Origin: an uncultured Prevotella sp.
GTDB lineage: Bacteria > Bacteroidota > Bacteroidia > Bacteroidales > Bacteroidaceae
Length of the DNA: 64,000 nucleotides
Assembly (NCBI GenBank): GCA_945949515.1
Contig: CAMFEU010000003.1
Span: 2,398 to 66,397 of the forward strand
Direction: 5' to 3'
Shown here: in pieces, positions 30,687-40,831 of the stretch
Numbering within the stretch: the stretch's first letter is position 1
Layout: each line of letters opens with the position of its first letter
The notes under the pieces: model-generated
Databases searched by the model: none
What the model was told of the DNA's origin: nothing
Seen by the model: only the letters and a program-made list of their open reading frames with translations
Made by a program: the position numbers and the translations under genes

Positions 30687-31724
30687 ATGGAAATCATTAT
30701 AGGACTTCTCATTATCGCCGTCGGCGCATTCTGCCAGTCAAGTTGCTACGTACCCATCAATAAAATCAAAGATTGGTCGTGGGAGAGTTACTGGTTGGTA
30801 CAGGGTGTGTTTGCATGGCTGCTGTTTCCTCTGCTGGGTGCCCTTCTTGCGGTGCCCGCAGCAGGGGGCTCTCTCTGCACGCTCTTTGCCACTGCCGATA
30901 GCTTTAGCCTGTGGATGACGGTGCTCTTCGGAGTGCTGTGGGGCGTAGGAGGACTTACCTTTGGACTGTCTATGCGCTATCTTGGCGTGGCATTAGGACA
31001 GAGCATTGCACTGGGCACCTGTGCCGGACTGGGCACCATCATGGGTCCTGTGCTGCTCTCTATTTTCTTCCCCGAACAGGATGCACTTTCAGCACTCACC
31101 TTTGCCGTGATTATCGGTGTGGTAGTCACCCTGCTGGGTATTGCCATCATTGGTGTGGCTGGCTCTATGAAGTCTGCATCACTCTCTGAAGAGGAGAAAA
31201 AGGCAGCTGTCAAGGATTTTAACTTCCCCAAGGGATTGTCTATCGCCCTGCTTGCCGGCTTTATGAGCGGATGCTTCAACGTGGGTTTGGAGTTTGGCAA
31301 GGACATCAACTTCGGTGAACTCACCGACCCGATGTATCGCACACTGCCTGCCACCCTGCTTGTGACCATCGGAGGCTTTGTAACCAACGCCATCTACTGC
31401 CTGACACAGAATGCCAAGAACGGCACCTTTGGCGACTATAAGAAGGGCTCTGTATGGGTAAACAACCTCATCTTCTGCGCCATTGCCGGCGGTTTGTGGT
31501 ACAGCCAGTTCTTCGGATTGTCATTAGGCAAGGGTTTTTTGGTATCCTCTCCAGTGCTCACCACGCTGGCTTTCTGCATCTTGATGGCTCTCAACGTGGT
31601 TTTCTCCAATGTATGGGGCATCATCCTCAAGGAGTGGAAAGGCTGTTCCAATGCAACTATCGGCGTACTGTTGCTTGGCATCATAGTGCTCGTTATCTCT
31701 TGCTTCCTGCCACAATTGATTTGA
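30687..31724 (+). CDS. rhaT: L-rhamnose/H+ symporter
   Basis: 345 aa, 10 TM segments, RhaT-like; operon context. Confidence 0.85.
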   Translation: MEIIIGLLIIAVGAFCQSSCYVPINKIKDWSWESYWLVQGVFAWLLFPLLGALLAVPAAGGSLCTLFATADSFSLWMTVLFGVLWGVGGLTFGLSMRYLGVALGQSIALGTCAGLGTIMGPVLLSIFFPEQDALSALTFAVIIGVVVTLLGIAIIGVAGSMKSASLSEEEKKAAVKDFNFPKGLSIALLAGFMSGCFNVGLEFGKDINFGELTDPMYRTLPATLLVTIGGFVTNAIYCLTQNAKNGTFGDYKKGSVWVNNLIFCAIAGGLWYSQFFGLSLGKGFLVSSPVLTTLAFCILMALNVVFSNVWGIILKEWKGCSNATIGVLLLGIIVLVISCFLPQLI

Positions 31725-31766
31725 GAATGAAGAGCGAAGAATAAAGAGTGAAGAATCAGCATAAAG

Positions 31767-31812
31767 AGTTGCGGATGCTTGAATCACAAGGTTCAAAATC
31801 CGCAACTTTTTT
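31767..31812 (+). terminator. Rho-independent terminator after rhaT
   Basis: agttgcggat / atccgcaact stem followed by T6. Confidence 0.8.
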
Positions 31813-31930
31813 GTGCTTTGGCCTGCGGGGAGCCCTTACCCATTGCGCATATCTGACAAGGAGGAGAACCTCAACAGAATAACACGCCGGCTTGGCACGG
31901 CAGATCAAAGGGCTTAAACACACGATAGTT

Positions 31931-32022
31931 TTAACCCAAATCGGCCATTACCTTTATGATGATAACTGCTTATATTTTTGAACAGATGTCTTTACGTTTT
32001 GAGGGCGCAATGGGGTTCCCCA
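31931..32022 (+). mobile_element. truncated copy (left half) of MITE-like repeat family A
   Basis: about 90 nt nearly identical to 43309-43400 (ttaacccaaatcgg.cattag/cc..ttatgatgataactgcttatatttttgaacagatgtctttacgttttgagggcgcaatggggttcc); the right arm and right TIR are missing. Confidence 0.75.
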
Positions 32023-32031
32023 TTAACACAT

Positions 32032-32067
32032 CATGCGAGAGATGCTTGTTTGAACATCCCTCGCATG
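32032..32067. terminator. hairpin between convergent rhaT and porin genes
   Basis: catgcgagagatg / catccctcgcatg, 13-bp stem with one mismatch. Confidence 0.5.
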
Positions 32068-32135
32068 ACTTACTGAGTTAAATTACGCCTTTGTCCAACT
32101 AACTTTAGTTATGATTGGCTCTCAGGCATTTGCAT

Positions 32136-32810
32136 TTAGAGCGCAAACTTATAGCCCACAGTGACTTGGATAACACTGTTTTTAGCAGCTTTGTCCTCAT
32201 CTCCCGAACAAACCTTGGTAAGACCCAAGTTATAGCGGGCATCGATAACCACATTATTGAATTCATAGGAAGCACCGAGAGGAATAGAGAGGTCAAATTT
32301 CTTGATGCCCTCAATATCACCAGAGGCCTCCACCTCACGATTCTGAATATTATCGAAATATGTTTCCTTTCCCTTATTGTCCAACAAGAAACCAGGCTGC
32401 ACACCTGCCTTCAAGGCAAAGCCCTTGGCCACATAGAAATTGGCTACGATGGGAATGTTCAGATAACTGAGGTCAACCATTCGGTCCTTACTCATCAAAC
32501 GATAGTTTGTGCCTATTGTCTCAAGGTCTTCCCACCTGGTTCCCTGTATAGAATAGAGCAAGCCTGCAGCCACACTAATCACCGGCGTAATCTGGTATTC
32601 AGCCTCCACACCAGCCACAAAGCCAGCCTTTACATCACGATTTCCTGTCATAGGCCCACCAGGAACATCTAATACCGTCTTCCCCGCATTTGTAAGGAAA
32701 GAAACATTGAAACCAATCTTCGGTTGCAGAGAGAAAGTACCTACCTCACTCTGTGCAGATGCCCCTACCGTGGCAACACAAAGAGCCACCAACGCAAACA
32801 ATTTTTTCAT
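32136..32810 (-). CDS. small outer-membrane beta-barrel (porin-family/OmpW-like) protein
   Basis: signal peptide MKKLFALVALCVATVGASAQ, alternating beta pattern, C-terminal ...VGYKFAL. An ATG at 32816 is an alternative start. Confidence 0.75.
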   Translation of the reverse strand: MKKLFALVALCVATVGASAQSEVGTFSLQPKIGFNVSFLTNAGKTVLDVPGGPMTGNRDVKAGFVAGVEAEYQITPVISVAAGLLYSIQGTRWEDLETIGTNYRLMSKDRMVDLSYLNIPIVANFYVAKGFALKAGVQPGFLLDNKGKETYFDNIQNREVEASGDIEGIKKFDLSIPLGASYEFNNVVIDARYNLGLTKVCSGDEDKAAKNSVIQVTVGYKFAL

Positions 32811-33002
32811 AAACATGTTTTTAAAGTGATTAAAGTGATTAAAATGAGTGATGGGAAGGAGCAACAGAAGAACTTATCCACAAGCCCATCCCACAGCGCA
32901 AAGGTAGCAAGTTTTTTGGGATTACCACCCCTTTTTGTGAAAATAATTATGACAGATCCATAAAATAAGGTGGGGAATGAACCACTATTGCAGAAATTAA
33001 AG

Positions 33003-33010
33003 TACCTTTG
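33003..33010 (+). promoter_or_regulatory. -7 promoter box TAccTTTG
   Basis: 35 nt upstream of the ATG at 33045. Confidence 0.55.
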
Positions 33011-33044
33011 CACCTGCTTCACATTGTAAAAGAGAGAAAAGAGC

Positions 33045-35138
33045 ATGGAACTTACCAACGAAGAAAAGAAAACCGTGAGGGTAAACCCTTTCATGGTGCC
33101 ATATAACACACCACACGATACAGCTCCCTTTGACCGTATCACACTGGCTGACTATGAAGAGGCCTTTATGGAAGGTATCAGAAGAGACAACGAACTGATA
33201 GAGAAAACCATCAACAGTACAGAGAAACCCACCTTCGACAACACCATACTCAATAAGGATGAAGACAGCGATGGCTATTACGACCTGCTGTCAAGGGTAT
33301 CTGCCGTGTTCTTCAACCTGCTCAGTGCAGAGACCAACGACGAGATGGATGCCCTGGCACAAAAGCTACAGCCCATACTTACCAAACATGCCAACGACGT
33401 GCGCCTGAACAAGAAACTCTTTGAGCGCATCAAGGCCGTGCATCTGCACCACAGAAGACTTACTCCTGAGGAGCAACGACTGCTCGATGATACATACGAG
33501 GGATTGGTAAGAGGAGGTGCTCTGCTGAGCGATGACGACAAGGAGCACTTGCGAGCACTGACAGAAGAGGCAAGTATGCTAACCCTGCAGTTCTCACAAA
33601 ACCTGCTGAAAGAAAACAAGGCATTCACTCTACATATCACCGACGAGGCACAACTTGACGGACTACCCGACACTCAGCGCGAGGCGGCTGCACAAACGGC
33701 CAGGGAGCAAGGCAAAGAAGGATGGGTATTCACCCTTGACCAGCCCAGTTACAGTCCGTTTATGACCTACTCCACACAGCGCCATCTGCGCCAGCAGATG
33801 TACATGGCAAAGAACACCGTGTGCACCCATGACAACAGCGAAAACAACATGGAGATATGCAAGCGCTTGGTGAATCTAAGGCGCGAGATAGCTGCCCTGC
33901 TGGGCTATAAATGCTATGCAGACTACGTGCTGAAACACCGCATGGCAGGCAAGGTGCGCAATGTGTATCAGTTGCTAGACAACCTGCTGGAGGCCTACAA
34001 ACCCACTGCCATCAAAGAGGTGGAAGAGATTGAGCAGATGGCACGCAAGATGGAGGGTAAGGGCTTTGAGATGCAGCCCTGGGACTTTGGCTACTATTCT
34101 CACAAGCTGCAACTGAAGAAATACAACATCGACGCAGAGATGCTGCGCCCCTACTTTCAGTTGGACAAGGTAATCGACGGTGTGTTTGGACTGGCAAACC
34201 GGCTCTATGGCATCACCTTCAAGGAAAACAAGGACATTCCTGTGTATCATCCCGATGTGAAAGCCTACGAAGTGTTTGACGAAGACGGCTCCTACCTTGC
34301 CGTGTTCTATGCCGACTTTCATCCCCGTCAGGGCAAGCAGGGAGGCGCATGGATGACCGAATATCAAGGACAGTGGATAGATCGTAAAGGCGAGAATGTG
34401 CGCCCCCATGTGAGCGTAGTGATGAACCTGTCAAAGCCCACTGCAGAGAAACCTGCTCTGCTCACTCTGGGCGAGGTGGAAACCTTTCTGCACGAGTTTG
34501 GACACGCCTTGCACGGCATGTTTGCCAACACCCGCTTTGAGAGCCTCAGCGGTACCAATGTGTGGTGGGACTTTGTGGAACTGCCCTCGCAGTTTATGGA
34601 AAACTACTCCGTGGAGAAGGATTTTCTGAATCAGTTTGCCTTCCACTACAAAACGGGCGAACCTCTGCCCGAATCACTGCTCAAACGCATCGTAAAGAGC
34701 CGCAACTTCATGGTGGCATACGGATGCCTGCGCCAAGTAAGCTTCGGACTTCTTGACATGGCATACTACACCAAGCGCACCACCTTTGATGAAGATATCC
34801 CCTCCTTTGAAAAAAAGGCATGGAGCAAGGCAATGGTGACACCCCAGCTGCCCGACACCTGCATGACCGTACAGTTCAGTCACATCATGGCAGGAGGCTA
34901 TGCCGCAGGCTACTACAGCTACAAGTGGGCAGAGGTGCTGGAGGCCGATGCCTTCGGCGTGTTCAGGAAGCATGGTATCTTCGACCGCTCCACGGCAAGG
35001 AGTTTTAGGGAGAACATTCTTTCGAAGGGTGGCACCGAGCATCCCATGACCCTCTATAAGCGCTTCCGAGGAGGCGAACCCACCATAGACGCACTGCTAA
35101 AGAGAAACGGAATCAAGAGAGTGAAGAGTGAAAAGTGA
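33045..35138 (+). CDS. dcp: M3-family peptidyl-dipeptidase
   Basis: HEFGHALHG zinc motif, 697 aa. Confidence 0.9.
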   Translation: MELTNEEKKTVRVNPFMVPYNTPHDTAPFDRITLADYEEAFMEGIRRDNELIEKTINSTEKPTFDNTILNKDEDSDGYYDLLSRVSAVFFNLLSAETNDEMDALAQKLQPILTKHANDVRLNKKLFERIKAVHLHHRRLTPEEQRLLDDTYEGLVRGGALLSDDDKEHLRALTEEASMLTLQFSQNLLKENKAFTLHITDEAQLDGLPDTQREAAAQTAREQGKEGWVFTLDQPSYSPFMTYSTQRHLRQQMYMAKNTVCTHDNSENNMEICKRLVNLRREIAALLGYKCYADYVLKHRMAGKVRNVYQLLDNLLEAYKPTAIKEVEEIEQMARKMEGKGFEMQPWDFGYYSHKLQLKKYNIDAEMLRPYFQLDKVIDGVFGLANRLYGITFKENKDIPVYHPDVKAYEVFDEDGSYLAVFYADFHPRQGKQGGAWMTEYQGQWIDRKGENVRPHVSVVMNLSKPTAEKPALLTLGEVETFLHEFGHALHGMFANTRFESLSGTNVWWDFVELPSQFMENYSVEKDFLNQFAFHYKTGEPLPESLLKRIVKSRNFMVAYGCLRQVSFGLLDMAYYTKRTTFDEDIPSFEKKAWSKAMVTPQLPDTCMTVQFSHIMAGGYAAGYYSYKWAEVLEADAFGVFRKHGIFDRSTARSFRENILSKGGTEHPMTLYKRFRGGEPTIDALLKRNGIKRVKSEK

Positions 35139-35168
35139 GGCCATCCTTACCAAAAGAACAGAAAAAAT

Positions 35169-35594
35169 ATGGACGAAAAACAACATAAGCTTGACCTGCG
35201 CTATCTGAGAATGGCGCAGATATGGGCAGAAAACAGCTACTGCAAGCGCCGACAAGTGGGAGCCATTGTGGTGAAAGACAACATGATCATCAGCGATGGC
35301 TACAACGGTACACCCAGCGGATTTGAAAACTGCTGCGAGGACGAAAACAACGTGACCATGCCCTATGTGCTACATGCAGAAGCTAACGCCATCACCAAAC
35401 TGGCACGCAGTTCCAATAACAGCGAGGGAGCCACCCTGTATGTCACCGCATCGCCCTGCATTGAATGTGCCAAACTCATCATTCAGGCTGGCATCAAGCG
35501 GGTGGTGTATGGAGAACTCTATCGCCTGGAAGACGGTATCAACCTGCTGAAGAAGGCGGGCATAGAGGTGGAATATCTGAATATTGACGAGTAA
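35169..35594 (+). CDS. deoxycytidylate (dCMP) deaminase
   Basis: HAEANAI and PCIECAKLI zinc-binding motifs. Confidence 0.9.
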   Translation: MDEKQHKLDLRYLRMAQIWAENSYCKRRQVGAIVVKDNMIISDGYNGTPSGFENCCEDENNVTMPYVLHAEANAITKLARSSNNSEGATLYVTASPCIECAKLIIQAGIKRVVYGELYRLEDGINLLKKAGIEVEYLNIDE

Positions 35595-35605
35595 CACTGA
35601 CATCC

Positions 35606-37261
35606 ATGAGGCATTACAACACCAAACACTTCACCCCCCTACTGATGGCTATCTCTGCCGTGGTGGGCATCTTTGTGGGCGCCTTCATATCAGGGCACTA
35701 TTCGGGCAACCGACTGAGTATCATCAACTCTAACAGCAACAAGCTAAACAACCTGCTGAGAATAGTGGACGACCAGTATGTGGACACGGTGGACATCAAT
35801 AATATCGTGGAGAAAGCCATGCCCAAACTACTGGCAGAACTGGACCCCCACTCTGCCTATATACCCGCTGCTGACGTACAGGAAGAGAATGATCGCCTGA
35901 AAGGTTCTTTCTCGGGCATCGGCGTGGAATTTGTCATCAACAACGACACACTGAGGGTGCAGAACGTGATAGGAAACGGACCCGCCGAGCGCGCTGGTGT
36001 GATTGCTGGCGACAAGATTATCAGCGTGGACGACACCTCGTTTGTAGGCAAACAGTTGACCAACGAGATGGCAATGAAAAAACTGAAGGGTCCGAAGGAT
36101 ACCAAAGTAAAACTGGGCATCAAGAGATTTGGAGAAAAAAAGCCACTGAGCATCACAGTGACCCGAGGCGACATACCCCAGAAAAGCATCAATGCCACTT
36201 ATATGCTGGATGAGAAGACAGGGTATATCCGCATCAAGAATTTTGGTGAGACAACCTATCCCGAACTGCTCATCGCCCTTGCCAGTTTGTCGCAAGAGGG
36301 TTTCAGCAATCTGGTCATCGACCTGCGTGGCAATGGTGGTGGCTACCTTACCTCCGCTGTACAGATAGCCAATGAGTTCCTGCCGAAAAACAGGCTGATA
36401 GTATATACCCAAGGCAGGAAATCACCCCGACAAGAATACAAGAGCGATGGAAGAGGCAGTTACCAGCAAATCCCATTAGTGGTGCTTATCGATGAGATTT
36501 CCGCCTCTGCCACAGAAATTCTGGCTGGTGCCATCCAAGACAACGACAGAGGAACAGTGATAGGCAGGCGCTCGTTTGGCAAGGGACTGGTACAACAGCC
36601 CATCGCCTTTAACGACGGGTCGATGATACGCCTCACCATCGCACGCTACTACAGTCCCTCGGGCAGGTGCATCCAGCGTCCCTACACTTCGGGTGAAGAC
36701 AAGGAATATGAGGAAGATCTCATCAATAGGTATCAGCACGGAGAGCTTTTCTCGCAAGACAGCATCAAGCACCAAGGCCCTGCCTACCACACTGCACTGG
36801 GCAGAACGGTGTATGGTGGCGGAGGCATCACCCCCGACATCTTCATCCCCGAAGACACCCTGGGCTACACCTCTTATTATAAGGAAGCGAGCATGACAGG
36901 ACTGATCATGCAGTTTGCCTACGAATACACCGACACTCATCGCGAGCAACTGAAACAATACACCGAGATGCGCCCCCTAAGCAAGTTCCTGGAGAAGCAG
37001 AATCTGGTGAATGTCTTTGCACAGTATGCCGAAAAGAACGGACTAAAACGGCGCAACCTGATGATCAAGAAGTCGTATCAGCTGCTGCAACTCACTATCT
37101 GCAGTCGCATCATCTACAACATCCTTGACGATAACGCCTTTATGGAGTACATTAACCAAGAAGACAACTGCATCAAAGAAGCCATCAAGGTGTTCAAGGA
37201 AGGACGTGCCTTCCCGCAGAAAGAAGAGGCAACAACCACCACAAGTAAAAAGAAGAAATGA
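35606..37261 (+). CDS. ctp: S41-family carboxy-terminal processing peptidase
   Basis: PDZ-like segment (GPAERAGVIAGDKIISVD), LRGNGGGY, IDEISASATEI. Confidence 0.9.
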   Translation: MRHYNTKHFTPLLMAISAVVGIFVGAFISGHYSGNRLSIINSNSNKLNNLLRIVDDQYVDTVDINNIVEKAMPKLLAELDPHSAYIPAADVQEENDRLKGSFSGIGVEFVINNDTLRVQNVIGNGPAERAGVIAGDKIISVDDTSFVGKQLTNEMAMKKLKGPKDTKVKLGIKRFGEKKPLSITVTRGDIPQKSINATYMLDEKTGYIRIKNFGETTYPELLIALASLSQEGFSNLVIDLRGNGGGYLTSAVQIANEFLPKNRLIVYTQGRKSPRQEYKSDGRGSYQQIPLVVLIDEISASATEILAGAIQDNDRGTVIGRRSFGKGLVQQPIAFNDGSMIRLTIARYYSPSGRCIQRPYTSGEDKEYEEDLINRYQHGELFSQDSIKHQGPAYHTALGRTVYGGGGITPDIFIPEDTLGYTSYYKEASMTGLIMQFAYEYTDTHREQLKQYTEMRPLSKFLEKQNLVNVFAQYAEKNGLKRRNLMIKKSYQLLQLTICSRIIYNILDDNAFMEYINQEDNCIKEAIKVFKEGRAFPQKEEATTTTSKKKK

Positions 37262-37812
37262 CTCCTATCGGAATGGACAAGAAAACATGGCGAGAAGAGA
37301 TACGCCGAAGGAAAAAGACCTACAGCACCGATGAACTGAAGACTATGTCGGCAAAGATTATCGAGGCAGTGAAACAGAGCGAGCGGTGGAAAACCGCTCG
37401 CTGTGTATTGCTATACCATGCCCTGGCAGACGAAGTGGACACCCGCCAATGGATAGCCGAAGCAGCAAAGGAGAAGAAGGTTCTACTGCCCCACGTGACG
37501 GGCGAAACATCTATGGAACTATGCCTGTATGAAGGAGAGAACTCGCTGACCGTAGGGACATACGGCATCATGGAACCCCATGGTACGGCCTTTACCGCCT
37601 ATGAAGAAGTGGAACTTGCCATCGTGCCAGGCATGGCCTTCGACAGAGCCTGCCACCGACTGGGGCGTGGCAAAGGCTACTACGACCGCCTGTTGCCTCT
37701 ACTAACAGGCGCCTATCGGATGGGCATCTGCTTCCCCTTCCAACTCATCGAAGGCACACTACCTGTTACTGTCACCGACATGAAAATGAACGAGGTGATG
37801 ACAATCAAATAA
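37258..37812 (+). CDS. 5-formyltetrahydrofolate cyclo-ligase
   Basis: GRGKGYYDR motif, 184 aa; ATGA overlap with ctp. Confidence 0.85.
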   Translation: MTPIGMDKKTWREEIRRRKKTYSTDELKTMSAKIIEAVKQSERWKTARCVLLYHALADEVDTRQWIAEAAKEKKVLLPHVTGETSMELCLYEGENSLTVGTYGIMEPHGTAFTAYEEVELAIVPGMAFDRACHRLGRGKGYYDRLLPLLTGAYRMGICFPFQLIEGTLPVTVTDMKMNEVMTIK

Positions 37813-37829
37813 AAACGAAGACTTCTAAG

Positions 37830-38120
37830 CTACACGAAACGAATATCCACAATCACCTGCGCCTGCACCACAGCGTTGAGTTGCTTAACATAGGTCATTC
37901 GATTCATGGTAAGGTCGGCACGTAGTGCAGCATTGACCACAGACACATAGAGCGTTTGGTTGCGTATGACTACCTGGGTGGTATAGCGAGCCACAGCAGG
38001 TCCTGCCACCTCTGGCCAAGCAGCAATGAGCCGCCGCTGCAACAGAGGCATCTCCAGTCCCTGTGTACGCAGATTGCGCATTATCAGTTCGCTCAAAGCC
38101 TTTACATCTCTTCTGAACAT
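37830..38120 (-). CDS. DUF721-family protein
   Basis: small protein immediately downstream of recF, as is typical for DUF721; ATG at 38120. Confidence 0.65.
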   Translation of the reverse strand: MFRRDVKALSELIMRNLRTQGLEMPLLQRRLIAAWPEVAGPAVARYTTQVVIRNQTLYVSVVNAALRADLTMNRMTYVKQLNAVVQAQVIVDIRFV

Positions 38121-38160
38121 AGTGCTTTTCAAATTACATGTCGGTCCAACTCTCAGCAAA

Positions 38161-39276
38161 CTACTTCGTCTCTTGCTCGTCTTCTGTTATCACTCCTCCA
38201 CTGACGTGGAAAATCTTGTAGTCGTAGGAACATTGGCTAAGAATGCGATCCAAATGCTCCTTGTTGGTATCGGTGATAAATATCTGTCCAAAGTCTTTGC
38301 CCGACACCAGTCTCACTATCTGCTCCACCCTCTCTGCATCCAATTTGTCAAAAATATCATCGAGCAGCAGAATGGGCACACAGCGATTGCCCGTGCGGCG
38401 CAGGAAGTCGAACTGCGCCAGTTTGAGTGCAATGACAAACGATTTGTTCTGTCCCTGACTTCCTTCGCGCTTCATGGGATGCCCTGCTATAGTAAACACC
38501 AAATCATCGCGATGCACACCGTGGAGCGAATAGCCCACCGCCCTGTCTTTGAAACGGTCGCGCTGTATCACCTGTAGCAGTGGTCCACGCTGACAGTGGG
38601 ACAAATAGGATATGCCTACCTCTTCCCTGTTTGAAGAGATGGCCTCATAATAGTGCTGAAACAGCGGTATCAATTCCTCTACAAAGGCAGTGCGGCATTG
38701 GAATATGTGCTCACCAGCATCAGCCATCTGCATCTCCAGCACCCCCATCAGCTCCTCATCGGGTTCCTGTTCCTCCTTGAGCATGGCGTTTCGCTGCTGT
38801 AGCACACGGTTGTACTGGTTGAGTGCTTCAATATAGTTGCGGTCGTACTGTGCGATGACAATATCCATCAGTTTTCTGCGCTCCTCGCTACCTCCGTCGA
38901 TAAGCAGGGTGTCTGAAGGTGCAACCATCACCATGGGAATGATGCCCAGATGTTCCGACAGCCTTCGATACTCCTTCTTGTCTTTTTTAAAGTGTTTCTT
39001 GCTCCCTTTTTTCAGTCCTGCATACACATTGAGAGGTTCCTCCTGGTCAGTGAGATAATTGCCATCAAGCATAAAGAAGTCGGCATCATGCTTGACAAGC
39101 TGCGAATCTATGGGATTGAACGAACTGCGGCAGAACGACAGGTAATAAACGGCATCGAGCACATTGGTCTTTCCCGCCCCATTATGCCCTATAAAGCAGT
39201 TGAGCTTGGGTGAAAAGCGGAGCACAGCACCCGCAATATTGCGATAATTGATGATAGACAAATCGTGTAGAACCAT
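38161..39276 (-). CDS. recF: DNA replication and repair protein RecF
   Basis: Walker A GHNGAGKTN, LLLDDIFDKLD. Start trimmed to the ATG at 39276 (MVLHDLSIINYRN), which lies 48 nt downstream of a TAacTTTG box. Confidence 0.9.
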   Translation of the reverse strand: MVLHDLSIINYRNIAGAVLRFSPKLNCFIGHNGAGKTNVLDAVYYLSFCRSSFNPIDSQLVKHDADFFMLDGNYLTDQEEPLNVYAGLKKGSKKHFKKDKKEYRRLSEHLGIIPMVMVAPSDTLLIDGGSEERRKLMDIVIAQYDRNYIEALNQYNRVLQQRNAMLKEEQEPDEELMGVLEMQMADAGEHIFQCRTAFVEELIPLFQHYYEAISSNREEVGISYLSHCQRGPLLQVIQRDRFKDRAVGYSLHGVHRDDLVFTIAGHPMKREGSQGQNKSFVIALKLAQFDFLRRTGNRCVPILLLDDIFDKLDAERVEQIVRLVSGKDFGQIFITDTNKEHLDRILSQCSYDYKIFHVSGGVITEDEQETK

Positions 39277-39323
39277 TCTTGGCAGACAAATAAAAGGGAT
39301 GATGCCATTGGGCAAAACCACTG

Positions 39324-39331
39324 CAAAGTTA
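39324..39331 (-). promoter_or_regulatory. -7 promoter box TAacTTTG for recF
   Basis: reverse complement of caaagtta. Confidence 0.55.
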
Positions 39332-39395
39332 CGGGATTTATCAATGAAAGACGAAAAAAGTATGCCATAAATTTCAGTATCTCCTATATTTTCTG

Positions 39396-39403
39396 TAATT
39401 TTG
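39396..39403 (+). promoter_or_regulatory. -7 promoter box TAatTTTG for the TPR-ribH unit
   Basis: about 100 nt upstream of the ATG at 39505. Confidence 0.45.
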
Positions 39404-39504
39404 CCACGCTTTATGTGGTGTACATTCAAGTGGCTCATATTCCTACATCAGCAGCCATCGCTGGCACCACCCCTCAAACGAAAAAACAAAAACAAATAAT
39501 ACTC

Positions 39505-40185
39505 ATGGCAAACAAAAATGAAAAGGCATCTGCCGCACAGGATGCAGCAGTGCTCAACAGTTCAGAATCGTTCTTGTTGAAGAACCAGAAAGTTATCATT
39601 GCTTGCGTGATAGCCATCATCGTGATTGTAGCAGGTGTATCTCTGTACAAGACCTACTACAGCGGTCCGCGCGCAGAAAAGGCAAGCACCATATTGGCAA
39701 AGGGCCAGCAGTTGTTTATGGCAGAGCAGTATGAGAAGGCTCTGAAAGGCGACAGCACCGGATTTGCCGGTTTCCTCAGCGTAGCTGAAGAATATGGAAA
39801 CACCGATGCAGGCAATCTGGCAAAACTCTATGCCGGTCTGTGCTATGCAAAATTGGAGAAGTGGGACGAGGCTGCTACTTGGCTTGACAAATTTTCTCCC
39901 AGAGACGATCAGATGATTAGTCCTGCTGCAGAAGGTGCACTGGGCAATGTTTATGCTCACCAGAACCAACTGGACAAGGCCGTGGAGCAACTGAAGAAGG
40001 CTGCCAAGCATGCTGACAACAGCACTCTTTCGCCCCTGTTCCTGCTGCAGGCTGGCGAGATACTGGAGAGCCAAGGCAAAAAAGAGGAGGCTCTGACACT
40101 GTATCAGGAAATCAAGAGCAAGTACTTTGACTCCTATCAGGCTGGCATCATCGACAAGTACATCGAACGCGCAACAACAAAATAA
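39505..40185 (+). CDS. membrane-anchored tetratricopeptide-repeat protein
   Basis: N-terminal TM ([19 protein letters not shown]) then TPR-like helices; ATG at 39505. Confidence 0.7.
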   Translation: MANKNEKASAAQDAAVLNSSESFLLKNQKVIIACVIAIIVIVAGVSLYKTYYSGPRAEKASTILAKGQQLFMAEQYEKALKGDSTGFAGFLSVAEEYGNTDAGNLAKLYAGLCYAKLEKWDEAATWLDKFSPRDDQMISPAAEGALGNVYAHQNQLDKAVEQLKKAAKHADNSTLSPLFLLQAGEILESQGKKEEALTLYQEIKSKYFDSYQAGIIDKYIERATTK

Positions 40186-40661
40186 TGGCAACAGCACTGC
40201 ACAACTTGTCTGACTACAACAGCAACACCGTGCCCGACGCAAGTAACATGTGTTTCGGAATCGTGGTAGCTGAATGGAATCCGGAAATAACCGGTGCACT
40301 GCTCAACGGTGCCGTATCTACATTAGAGAAACATGGCGCATTGCCCGAAAACATACACGTAAAAACAGTGCCGGGTAGTTTTGAGCTCATCTACGGTGCC
40401 CACCAGATGACACTGAAAGGCATGTACGATGCCATCATCATTCTGGGCAGTGTGATTCGCGGCGAAACACCCCACTTTGACTACATCTGCCAAGGTGTTA
40501 CCGCTGGCATTGCACGCCTCAACACCAGCAGCGAGATACCCATTATCTACGGACTGCTAACCACCGAAGACCTGCAACAGGCAAAGGACAGAAGCGGTGG
40601 AAAATTGGGCAATAAGGGAGACGAATGTGCCATTGATGCCATCAAAATGGCAAAATTCTAA
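40185..40661 (+). CDS. ribH: 6,7-dimethyl-8-ribityllumazine synthase
   Basis: VPGSFEL and GETPHFDYI motifs, 158 aa. Confidence 0.92.
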   Translation: MATALHNLSDYNSNTVPDASNMCFGIVVAEWNPEITGALLNGAVSTLEKHGALPENIHVKTVPGSFELIYGAHQMTLKGMYDAIIILGSVIRGETPHFDYICQGVTAGIARLNTSSEIPIIYGLLTTEDLQQAKDRSGGKLGNKGDECAIDAIKMAKF

Positions 40662-40712
40662 AAAAACAACATAAGGCATGTGGCAACACAGCACTGCTTG
40701 AAATACGGATCA

Positions 40713-40755
40713 CAGAGGTGCATCAGCAACAGATGATGCGCCTCTGTTTTCTTTT
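40713..40755 (+). terminator. Rho-independent terminator after ribH
   Basis: cagaggtgcatc / gatgcgcctctg stem followed by ttttctttt. Confidence 0.75.
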
Positions 40756-40831
40756 CCATCACCTTGGAAGCAAAACACCATCAAGGCAAAAACAGAATAA
40801 CGAAAAGTAAAAACCAACACTTATCTTTACA

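Noticed and set aside
39277-39438. N-terminal extensions in the ORF track (recF to 39438; also pepC 50341, pheA 53231, AraC 25090, HsdR_N-like 8830, korB 44930, korG 44095, TlpA 14353, porins 32864/49822)
   Set aside because: The extensions begin at non-ATG codons or run through promoter boxes and intergenic repeats. Internal ATGs give canonical N-termini or signal peptides, so the shorter coordinates were used.
39404-40184. FMN riboswitch upstream of ribH
   Set aside because: ribH overlaps the stop of the preceding TPR gene (TAATG), which leaves no leader, and no FMN-element-like sequence is seen upstream.
40822-40829. TAtcTTTA promoter-like box before the GH2 gene
   Set aside because: It lies only 3 nt from the ATG, too close to act as the -7 element for this start, and the final G of the consensus is missing.
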